Below are positions 1-7,765 of a stretch of 23,986 nt of DNA, piece after piece (within the stretch, counting starts at the first letter, position 1; every line of letters starts with the position of its first letter). Location of the stretch: NCBI GenBank assembly GCA_013166835.1, contig JABLTI010000038.1, positions 1-23,986 of the forward strand, given 5' to 3'. This DNA comes from Promethearchaeati archaeon (GTDB lineage: Archaea; Asgardarchaeota; Heimdallarchaeia; JABLTI01). Below the pieces are notes generated by a model. The model did not search any database, was not told the DNA's origin, and saw only the letters and a list, made by a program, of their open reading frames with translations. The position numbers and the translations under genes were made by a program.

Positions 1-1
1 G

Positions 2-997
2 ATTATACGATCATTAATTGAAGCTGAAATTCTGTATGAGGATTTAAGTCAAGAATTAAGTGAAATGACTTCTAAAGGAATTTCTGACATAATTCTCTGG
101 TTGCTTATACAAAAATATGGAAAGAAAATTGGTGATTTCACAGCTGAACAAGATATCAGTAAACTTATCATGAGATTTCAACTAGAGTCTGCGTTAGGTT
201 TGTCTAACGCAACACCACAAGCTAAACTCGAATATGGCCTTTTAACATTAAATTATAAAGATAAATTAGCTAAAAAGAAACTTGGAGAGCAACTTATTTT
301 TGATGCTTGGAAAGAAGCACGATTAAACGAACAACCACTAAACATTGGACGAGAAATTTTAGCTATGTTGATTGATTATAGTAATTTATCGCAAGAATTT
401 CTGAGCAAAATCCCAAGACACTTCGAATATGTTACGACTTATTTTAAAAGTGATAAACTAAGATTACAAAGAGCTCTTGGACGATTTAAGATAAAAGGTA
501 GTAAACCAACGGAAATGGAAATGCAAGAAGCTATCATCTTAGATTATCTAAATCAATTTGTTCTAAACTATATTAGTGGAAAAATGAAAGCGGATCCCCA
601 TGAATTAGAAGTTCCAGATGAGCCTACTGAACTAGATCTTAGGATACCAGAGATAGATATTATTGATATGTTAGATGCTGCTTTAAAAAGAGGCATTCGT
701 TCACAAGATAGAGATAATGCAAGAGAAATTCTTGAAACACAGATTCATTCAATGTATCAAAGATGTCTGAATGTAGTGAATGATGAAGTGTCTGTAGGGG
801 AAACTGTTCTTTATGGTCTACTTAATATTAATGGAGTTAAAATCTCTCGAGAAGAGGCTCGGGAATTGGTATTAAATCATTTTAAACGTATGAAAGTGTC
901 TCTACAAACATCTGGAAAGAAGAGAATTGATTCTGTAGTCCAAAAATCTATCAGTATTGAAATTGAAGAAAAAATTATCAAAAGGGATATTCGATAG
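2..997 (+). CDS. Hypothetical, largely alpha-helical protein, 5'-truncated by the window edge
   Basis: The frame of the 65..997 ORF stays open back to position 2 (IIRSLIEAEILYEDLSQELSEM...), so the true start lies upstream. No recognisable motif. Confidence 0.75.
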   Translation: MIRSLIEAEILYEDLSQELSEMTSKGISDIILWLLIQKYGKKIGDFTAEQDISKLIMRFQLESALGLSNATPQAKLEYGLLTLNYKDKLAKKKLGEQLIFDAWKEARLNEQPLNIGREILAMLIDYSNLSQEFLSKIPRHFEYVTTYFKSDKLRLQRALGRFKIKGSKPTEMEMQEAIILDYLNQFVLNYISGKMKADPHELEVPDEPTELDLRIPEIDIIDMLDAALKRGIRSQDRDNAREILETQIHSMYQRCLNVVNDEVSVGETVLYGLLNINGVKISREEARELVLNHFKRMKVSLQTSGKKRIDSVVQKSISIEIEEKIIKRDIR

Positions 998-1012
998 AAA
1001 TATCCCCGTTTT
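984..1012. terminator. Putative bidirectional hairpin terminator between convergent genes
   Basis: GGGATATT (984-991) / AATATCCC (999-1006) perfect 8-bp stem, flanked by AAAA on the left and TTTT on the right. Overlaps the TAG stop of ORF1 and lies just downstream of the aminotransferase stop. Confidence 0.55.
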
Positions 1013-1015
1013 CTC

Positions 1016-2185
1016 TTAGAGATTTGCTAATAAATCATTGATTCTTTTTATACCTTCTAAGATACTTGCTAAATCGCTTGCAAGTGAAAGCCTTATGTAA
1101 TTCTCAGTAACACCAAAGACAGCACCAGCTGTAATGCAAACACCTTTTTCTTGTAAGATTCTAACTGCCAATTCTTCAGAATCAATAGAACCATCATATT
1201 TGATGAATAAATAAAATGCTCCCTCTGGTTTATTACAGGAAAGGTATTCACATTGATCAATCAATTCAAGAGCTTTATCTCTACGTTTCTTATATTCTGC
1301 CACCATTTTCTTTGTTGGTTCCTCTTGTTCTAATGCTTTAATTGCAGCATATTGTGTGGGAGTATTTACACATGTACTGACATTTTGTTGAATCTTATTC
1401 ATAGCAGAAATTAATTCTTTACTTCCTATACTATAACCAATTCGCCACCCAGTCATAGCATGTGATTTACTTAATCCATCAATCACGAGAGTTTTTTCGA
1501 GTGATTGTGAAACTGATAGATATTGATGGTATTCCTCTGAATACACGATTTTCTTGTAAATTTCATCTGTTATTATGTGTAAATTGTAGTCTTGAGAAAT
1601 ATCACTAATAAATTTTAGTGAATCTAAATTGTATATAGCACCTGTTGGATTACTTGGTGAATTAATCAGTAAAACTTTAGATTTTTTATCAATGGCTTCC
1701 TTTATTTTTTCAAATGGGAAACCAAAATCACCGTAATTAGCAGGCACTGATTTTGTGGTAGCACCTATGAAATGTGTTATCCCTTCGTAGCTTGGCCAAT
1801 ATGGAGAAATAACAATCATATTATCTTCTGGATCCAACAATGAGACCAAACCCGCAAAAAGTGAAGCTTTTGCTCCTGGTGTTACTATAATATTTTCATT
1901 GGGATTAACTTCAACACCAGTCTCTTTTGTGTGGATTTCAGCTATTTTCTTTCGTAAAGGCAATATACCTTTTGATGAGGTATAACCTGTTTTTCCTTCT
2001 AGCATGGCTTGATGTGCTGCTTCAATGATTTCTTTTGGGGTGTTAAAATTCGGTTGGCCTATTCCTAAATGGATGATTTCTTTTCCTTGCGCTTCTAATT
2101 CCTTTGCCATTGTAGCCATTTTCAAAGTTCCACTTCTTGGTACTCTTATCGCACACGCTGATAGCAATTCATTATTGTCTTTCAT
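1016..2185 (-). CDS. aspC: PLP-dependent class I/II aminotransferase (aspartate/aromatic aminotransferase)
   Basis: Motifs LGIGQP, GYTSSKG, INSPSNPTG, TDEIY, GLSKSHAMTGWRIG (PLP lysine), PEGAFY, YIRLS; 389 aa. Confidence 0.93.
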   Translation of the reverse strand: MKDNNELLSACAIRVPRSGTLKMATMAKELEAQGKEIIHLGIGQPNFNTPKEIIEAAHQAMLEGKTGYTSSKGILPLRKKIAEIHTKETGVEVNPNENIIVTPGAKASLFAGLVSLLDPEDNMIVISPYWPSYEGITHFIGATTKSVPANYGDFGFPFEKIKEAIDKKSKVLLINSPSNPTGAIYNLDSLKFISDISQDYNLHIITDEIYKKIVYSEEYHQYLSVSQSLEKTLVIDGLSKSHAMTGWRIGYSIGSKELISAMNKIQQNVSTCVNTPTQYAAIKALEQEEPTKKMVAEYKKRRDKALELIDQCEYLSCNKPEGAFYLFIKYDGSIDSEELAVRILQEKGVCITAGAVFGVTENYIRLSLASDLASILEGIKRINDLLANL

Positions 2186-2376
2186 TTGGAAGCTTTCCTC
2201 AATTATTTTGTAACTCTAATTATCTATTAATGATAGTTAAACTAAACAAGTTTTAACTAAATTAGAATCAACCTTTTAATCATTACTATCTATAACATAT
2301 TTCATGCCGACTTTAAAGCAAAAATCTAAAAAAACAATCAGTGTTTAATAGTACTAAAAAATCAAGGTAATTCACT

Positions 2377-3909
2377 TTGTCTGAGGAGTTATTTATAGGG
2401 TTGAAGCGATCTGAAAAATTCAAAGAGTTTCTTAGACGAAATTGGATCATTATACTCATCTGGTTTGTTGCTTTAGTAATTAGAATTTTAGCTGCTGTTT
2501 TTAGCAAAGGGTATATTCATCCTGATGAACAATATCAGTCAATTGAAGTAGCATACAATGAGATTTTTGGATTTGGGAAACTTCCATGGGAGTTCATAGA
2601 GGGTGCGCGCTCTTGGTTGTATCCATACATTGTTGTTGTGATTTTCAAAATTATGATCTATTTTGGGGCAACGAATATTGAAACAATTCTAATTGGTGTA
2701 AGATTGTTTTCCGGTTTAATGTCAATGATAACAGTAATCGTTGCTTACTACTTTGGAAAAAAATTATACAGTAAATTTGTTGGCATTATTGCATCTGGTT
2801 TTGTAGCAATTTGGTTTGATTTTATTTTTTGGTCAACCAGGACTATGACAGATAGTATCGCTATGAATTTCTTCTTTTTAGCTGCATATTTGGTATACTG
2901 TAGCATTCAAAAAGGAAACAAGAATAGTAATAAAATTGAGAGAAAGTTTTTCACGAAAAAAATTTTACAAAGTTTTTTTGCTGGAATTTCAGTAGGATTG
3001 GCTTTCATGTTTAAATTTCCAGTTGCAGCAATTGGTTTACCTTTGTTTATTTGGATAATTGTACATAAGAAATGGAAGGAGCTAGCTTTCTTTACAGGAT
3101 CAATCATTCTCTTGGTTATTGTTCAAGGCTTAATTGATTTAGCTACTTGGGGGTCATTTTTGCATTCAGCCATAACTTTTCTTGACTATAATATTATCTC
3201 AGGTGGAGCAGCATCTCATGGGACACATCCCTTCGGATCATATGCGGCATTGCTTGTGGATTCTTATTTAGAGTATTTCTTAATTTTTCTTCTCTTCATA
3301 TTAATAGCTCTACAAAAGGACAAGAAGACTCTATATCTTGGTTCTATCGTGGTGTTTTATCTTCTTATATTTACATTCATTAAACACAAAGAATATCGAT
3401 TTATATTACCTATTATGTTTTTACTAGTCTTATTAGCAGCAAAAGGATTTGCAAAGTACCCAAAATTTATTCATAAAGCAAATTTGCGAAAAGGAATATA
3501 TTTATTTTTTATAATTCTGACAATTATTTATTCCGGTGTCATGAGTTTTTCATTAAAATCATTTCGACCTAATAATCAGCATTGTCTTGCTTTTCAGTAT
3601 GTTGGCAATTTACCTGATGTAGATGTTGTAGCTACTCTTGAAGGTCCTGGATTTGGAGCTCCTGGTTTGAGTTATTTACAAAAAAATGTTACCTATTTAA
3701 CAGGTTCTATTGCGAACATAGATTATTTCTGTACACATTATAAATCGTCTACTCTCTTCATTGTAATTCATGAGAAAGACTACTTAGAACGAGAATCATA
3801 CATTACGACTATCTTTAATGTAAGAGGAGTCAGTTTGAATATGACTTTTTCAGGAACTCATGATAGATTTGATAGTACTGTGTTAGTTTTCAAAAAACCA
3901 ATATCATAA
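2377..3909 (+). CDS. GT-C fold mannosyltransferase, Alg9/PIG-B/PIG-Z (SMP3) family (Glyco_transf_22-like)
   Basis: Multi-TM. First-loop motif GYIHPDEQYQSIEVAY...LPWEF...RSWLYP, then RTMTDS and HKEYRFILP, match the family pattern (xPDExxQxxE, TWEW...RS, HKExRF). TTG start after AAGGT. Confidence 0.85.
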   Translation: MSEELFIGLKRSEKFKEFLRRNWIIILIWFVALVIRILAAVFSKGYIHPDEQYQSIEVAYNEIFGFGKLPWEFIEGARSWLYPYIVVVIFKIMIYFGATNIETILIGVRLFSGLMSMITVIVAYYFGKKLYSKFVGIIASGFVAIWFDFIFWSTRTMTDSIAMNFFFLAAYLVYCSIQKGNKNSNKIERKFFTKKILQSFFAGISVGLAFMFKFPVAAIGLPLFIWIIVHKKWKELAFFTGSIILLVIVQGLIDLATWGSFLHSAITFLDYNIISGGAASHGTHPFGSYAALLVDSYLEYFLIFLLFILIALQKDKKTLYLGSIVVFYLLIFTFIKHKEYRFILPIMFLLVLLAAKGFAKYPKFIHKANLRKGIYLFFIILTIIYSGVMSFSLKSFRPNNQHCLAFQYVGNLPDVDVVATLEGPGFGAPGLSYLQKNVTYLTGSIANIDYFCTHYKSSTLFIVIHEKDYLERESYITTIFNVRGVSLNMTFSGTHDRFDSTVLVFKKPIS

Positions 3910-3972
3910 AAAGAAAATAAGAAATTAAAAAAAATAAAAAGAAATTTGTCATGTTCTGATAGAACAATGACA
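3908..3972 (-). terminator. Putative terminator of rpl12p (hairpin followed by a long U-rich tract)
   Basis: TGTCATGTTCT-GAT-AGAACAATGACA (3947-3972), an 11-bp stem with one bulge, followed on the minus strand by a T-rich run (A-rich 3908-3944 on plus). Confidence 0.6.
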
Positions 3973-3986
3973 GAATAATAATTAGC

Positions 3987-4295
3987 TCAACCAAAGAGTG
4001 AGCTTAATCCTGATTCTTCTTCCTCTTCTTCCTCTTCTGGTTCTGGTGCAGGAGCAGCGGCGGCAGGAGCAGCAGCAAGTGTAGCTGCTGGAGCAGCAGC
4101 ACTAACCACAGCTGGCATAACAGCGGCAGATTTCAAAGCATCTCCAATGTTAACATCGGCTAAAGCGGCAACTAGTCCTTTGATTCTGTTTTTATCAGGA
4201 GTTACTCCTGCAGCAGTTAAAACATCAGTAACTGCTTTTTCAGTAATCTTTTTACCAGCGGAATGAAGTATTAATGAAGCGTGAAGGTATTCCAT
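3987..4295 (-). CDS. rpl12p: Archaeal 50S ribosomal stalk protein P1 (L12Ae)
   Basis: MEYLHASLILHSAGKKITE N-terminus, Ala/Pro-rich hinge, acidic tail ending GLSSLFG. GGAGA SD-like motif upstream. Confidence 0.97.
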   Translation of the reverse strand: MEYLHASLILHSAGKKITEKAVTDVLTAAGVTPDKNRIKGLVAALADVNIGDALKSAAVMPAVVSAAAPAATLAAAPAAAAPAPEPEEEEEEEESGLSSLFG

Positions 4296-4445
4296 TTTTT
4301 GTTTTTCTCCAAATATTTTACTAACAATTATATTTTGTTATTCTTTATTTGCTTTTCAGCTAACAATTGATGGTTAGCATTGATTTTAAAAATCTTGCGT
4401 TCCCAAGTATAATTAAAAATTTAATATCCAATCCTTCCAGATGAA

Positions 4446-4453
4446 TTTATAAA
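4446..4453. promoter_or_regulatory. Candidate archaeal TATA box in the divergent rpl12p / winged-helix intergenic region
   Basis: TTTATAAA (palindromic) preceded by purine-rich GATGAA, about 70 nt before ATG 4522. Confidence 0.4.
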
Positions 4454-4521
4454 TAGTTATTTGTTTGATAGATTAACTACCTATCACTGATTTGTCACTG
4501 AATTAGCCGGAGTTTTCTTTT

Positions 4522-5358
4522 ATGTCATCAAAGAAAGATAAGAAAAAGAAGAAATCTATTCCGAAAAAGGAGATTCTAAAAGTTATCAAGGATGTCGAAT
4601 ACTTAGATTTAGGTGATCCTTTTGGAGAAAGTGCTCGAAGGTATCTTTCTTTTCAGATAAGTAAATTCATTGACAATGAGGAAGTTTCAGGTTCTATTAT
4701 AACTCCAGAAGGAGTTTATATTTCTCTTACTGCTACTGAAGTAAAAGACATTGTTCGTTTAATTAAGGCTAAAGGAATTTTTGAAATTGAAGCAGTAGCT
4801 CTAGAAAATAAGTGGCCCGTTGAAACTGTGAAATTAATCGCACAAAATCGTGTGAACTTACTCTATCGAAAAGATGGGAAAGCAATTACTCGAGAGACAG
4901 CCCTAGATTTACTTTATCAACAGATTATACAAGGATTAGATTTAGATATCTATGAAATTGCAGATGAATTAGAATTGAAACGATCAATAACAAGAGACCT
5001 TCTGATGACACTAATTAATGAAGGAAAAATAGAAGGCTATTATATAAAATCATCACATAAATTCCTCCCAATTGAATTACTAGAAGAATCGATTAGGGAA
5101 CTGATTGAAGATTTCGAAATGAAAAATGTATCAGAAGTGAAATTCAGTGAGATTGCAGATGAATATGGCATAGGAGAAGAAGAGGTTTACAATATCCTAC
5201 TAAAATTGTACAATGTTGGGGATATAGATGTTCAGCTAAATCTAGGGCAGAAAATCTGTTTCATTAAAGATAATCTCGAGAGAGAAGAATGGGATGAACG
5301 CATCCCTGAAGAAGAGAAGAAACTGGAAATTGAGGACCTAACACAAAAAGATAAATAA
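4522..5358 (+). CDS. Tandem winged-helix (PCI-like; UFL1/DDRGK-like) protein
   Basis: About four ~60-aa helix-turn-helix-plus-wing units, e.g. IYEIADELELKRSITRDLLMTLINEGKIEGYY and FSEIADEYGIGEEEVYNILLKLYNVGDIDVQL. Lys-rich N-terminus and acidic C-terminus. Confidence 0.65.
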   Translation: MSSKKDKKKKKSIPKKEILKVIKDVEYLDLGDPFGESARRYLSFQISKFIDNEEVSGSIITPEGVYISLTATEVKDIVRLIKAKGIFEIEAVALENKWPVETVKLIAQNRVNLLYRKDGKAITRETALDLLYQQIIQGLDLDIYEIADELELKRSITRDLLMTLINEGKIEGYYIKSSHKFLPIELLEESIRELIEDFEMKNVSEVKFSEIADEYGIGEEEVYNILLKLYNVGDIDVQLNLGQKICFIKDNLEREEWDERIPEEEKKLEIEDLTQKDK

Positions 5359-5441
5359 GCTTATCTTTGGGATGAAAAGAAAGTTTTTATGTAGAGTAAA
5401 TAAATGTCATAAAAGAAAAACTAAAAATTGGAGATTAAACA

Positions 5442-6218
5442 ATGAGCGCACCACCAAAACCAAAAAGAAAAATGCCAGACGAATACGATGTATTAACTAT
5501 AAAACTAGCAGCCAAACTGAAAAAGGAAGTTGGATCTGAAATTGCAGCCTTACTATTAGTTGGTAGTGTTGGTCAAGGTAATTATGTGAAAGGAGATTCA
5601 GATTGTGACTTCTACATTGTTATCAAAAAAGATCGTGACAAACAAGTAGAAATTCTGCAAAAAATAGGGATGGTAAAAGCAGAATTTGAAAATGACCCAC
5701 AATATTCATCAATTTTAGATTTGATGGTCTTCTTTGAAGAAGATCTCAATGAACAGAATATCAATGCATCAAGTATTGTTAATTGGGTGCATATTTGGAC
5801 AGGGCAACAAGGGGTTCTTAAAATCGGTAAGGACAATCCTTTCAGTAAATTAAAAGTTACCGAGGAAAAACTCAAATTAGGCGCAACACAAATGTGCCTA
5901 GATAATGTTTTCATCATGCGTGATGGTTTCTTAAATACTCCAGCTGCAAATACTGATGAATTAGCTTTTTATGGAAGTGAAGCAGCTATTGCTTGTGCTC
6001 AAGCATTACTAGTTTTCATTGGTGAAAAAGGATTCAATAGATATAGTGTTCCTGAGCTTTTCAAAGAAAAGTCTCCAGTAAAGGCTTCTCCAAAGGTTGT
6101 TATCGATGCTCGTGATTTCCGTTTAGGTGCAAAAATCGATAATGTTACCGATTTCGTAGAAAAATGCTACGACTTTGGGTGGGCAATTCTCGAATATATG
6201 TTAAAGAATACAAAATAA
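5442..6218 (+). CDS. Pol-beta superfamily nucleotidyltransferase with a C-terminal helical (HEPN/KNTase-like) domain
   Basis: LLLVGSVGQGNYVKGDSDCDFYIV (hGS...DxD), third Asp in ILDLMV, helical C-domain with AIACAQALLVFIGE. GGAG SD upstream. Confidence 0.8.
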   Translation: MSAPPKPKRKMPDEYDVLTIKLAAKLKKEVGSEIAALLLVGSVGQGNYVKGDSDCDFYIVIKKDRDKQVEILQKIGMVKAEFENDPQYSSILDLMVFFEEDLNEQNINASSIVNWVHIWTGQQGVLKIGKDNPFSKLKVTEEKLKLGATQMCLDNVFIMRDGFLNTPAANTDELAFYGSEAAIACAQALLVFIGEKGFNRYSVPELFKEKSPVKASPKVVIDARDFRLGAKIDNVTDFVEKCYDFGWAILEYMLKNTK

Positions 6219-6246
6219 TCTCAAAATAGTACAGAAGGAATAAAAC

Positions 6247-6918
6247 TTGACTTATCGTAGTGATATTGTTCATTTGAGAAGTTTAGTTGGAAAAACTGAC
6301 GCTCAGATTTATCTTATCGTAGGTCCTCCTGGAGCAGGGAAAGAAGCTTTTGCTTTACAATATATGATTGATGGATTCTCTGAAAAGAATAATGCTGTTT
6401 TTATTACCACAGATGATTTTCCGGATGACATAATAGGCAAAATGAGAGAAATGGGATCTGATGCTAAGCCACACATTGATTCAAAACAATTACAATTTAT
6501 CGATGCTTTCTCATATAGAACTGGAGAAAAAATTGATAGAGATATGTTAACGGTGGAAAACGTTAGAGATTTAACTGGCATCAGTGTTATTTTGAAGAAA
6601 CAGATCGATACCAAAGAAAATCTCCGATTAGTCTTCAATACAATTTCTACAATATCTATCTATAATAGTGGCATAGCCTTACTTGATTTCATTCAAGCAC
6701 AAGTAGCTCGACTTAAGCAAAGAAAGCACAGTGGTTTAATATTAGCTCATGAAGGTATGATGGACGAAAAAGTAATCCAGGGTATTAAAGCATTTGTTGA
6801 TGGCGTTATAGAATTTAAAGCTGAAGAAGACGAAAAAGGTGTCTTACAAAGAAAACTCCGCATTGTTTTTGCTCCGAATATTAGAAAATCTGGTTGGATC
6901 AATTTATACCAAGAATGA
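6247..6918 (+). CDS. RecA-superfamily KaiC/RAD55-like ATPase, single domain, degenerate active site
   Basis: YLIVGPPGAGKEAF (Walker A), VFITTDD, FIDAFS, LVFNTIS (Walker B position), VDGVIEF. TTG start 28 nt after the NTase stop. Confidence 0.85.
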   Translation: MTYRSDIVHLRSLVGKTDAQIYLIVGPPGAGKEAFALQYMIDGFSEKNNAVFITTDDFPDDIIGKMREMGSDAKPHIDSKQLQFIDAFSYRTGEKIDRDMLTVENVRDLTGISVILKKQIDTKENLRLVFNTISTISIYNSGIALLDFIQAQVARLKQRKHSGLILAHEGMMDEKVIQGIKAFVDGVIEFKAEEDEKGVLQRKLRIVFAPNIRKSGWINLYQE

Positions 6919-6920
6919 TT

Positions 6921-6968
6921 TAGTGTGCTAGGAATCGCACATCTATTCATTTTCTTTCTTTTCTCTTT
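6921..6968 (+). terminator. Weak hairpin plus T-rich tract after the KaiC-like gene
   Basis: TGTGC (6924-6928) / GCACA (6937-6941) followed by TTTTCTTTCTTTTCTCTTT. Confidence 0.4.
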
Positions 6969-7031
6969 AATATTAGAATTATATTGATAAATTTAAATAG
7001 ACCATTGATAAGAATTACCTCGTGGACTTAA

Positions 7032-7727
7032 ATGGCTGAATGGTATAACTATGTTCTTGCTTTGTCACCTTCCGTTGTGATACTTGGATTATATTTAGCA
7101 AGTTATCTCATTGGAAAAAGAAAGAATAAGGCATTTGCACTTGAGATGCTGTCGAAAATTGCAGTTCCACTGAATGATTTTTGTGATTCCTTCGAAAAGG
7201 TTACCCAAGAAAAGGAACGCTATCAGTTGGTATGCAGACCAATCAAAGATGCTCCAATGAAGTCTATGATCGTTCTCGGTATTCCTTTAGGGAGACCGTT
7301 TATTATAGGGTTCATTTGGGATAAAATTAAGAAAAACAAAGATAAATACACACTCTCAGCAAATTTGAGGAGAAGACCTCCTTTTTCACTTGAAGTACTC
7401 TCTAAAAAACGAAAGAAAGTCTTGAAAGGAGACCAAGATTATTTTATGGAACTAAAGGAGTTAAGCACTACAGGATTTCTCAATGAATTTTTTATTATTA
7501 AAACAAATAATACCAAAATGGCAACTAAAGTCCTTTCGAATGAACCATTGTTAAGATTACTAGCAAAAACTCGAAATCAGACACTTTGGTTATCCTTGAG
7601 AGAAGAAATAAAAGAAGTTGGAATGCAATTCGAGTCTATTTTTGAGTATGAAGAAGAACAAATTGAAAATACTGTTGATCTGTTCTTAGAAGTTATAGAA
7701 GCAATACCATATCCTAAGAATTGGTAA
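7032..7727 (+). CDS. Single-pass membrane protein, CCDC47/DUF1682 (PAT complex subunit)-like
   Basis: N-terminal TM ending YLASYLIGKRKNKAFA resembles the CCDC47 post-TM motif (recalled as YIMNYIIGKNKNSRLA). Downstream segments are collinear with the CCDC47 globular domain. Candidate TATA TTTAAATA at 6992-6999. Confidence 0.65.
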   Translation: MAEWYNYVLALSPSVVILGLYLASYLIGKRKNKAFALEMLSKIAVPLNDFCDSFEKVTQEKERYQLVCRPIKDAPMKSMIVLGIPLGRPFIIGFIWDKIKKNKDKYTLSANLRRRPPFSLEVLSKKRKKVLKGDQDYFMELKELSTTGFLNEFFIIKTNNTKMATKVLSNEPLLRLLAKTRNQTLWLSLREEIKEVGMQFESIFEYEEEQIENTVDLFLEVIEAIPYPKNW

Positions 7728-7765
7728 AAAATTGTGACTATTTAAACGCATCATTTCACTTATAC

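Noticed and set aside
4013-4100. TTC/CTC and GCA/GCT triplet runs
   Set aside because: They encode the poly-Glu tail and Ala-rich hinge of ribosomal P1, so they are not an independent repeat element.
5442-6218. CBASS CD-NTase or MNT-HEPN toxin-antitoxin interpretation
   Set aside because: No effector, Cap or separate HEPN toxin gene is adjacent, there is no RxxxxH motif, and the context is housekeeping rather than a defence island.
6247-6918. Circadian KaiC or RadA/RadB call
   Set aside because: Single domain with degenerate motifs, no KaiA/KaiB nearby, and no RadA N-terminal domain.
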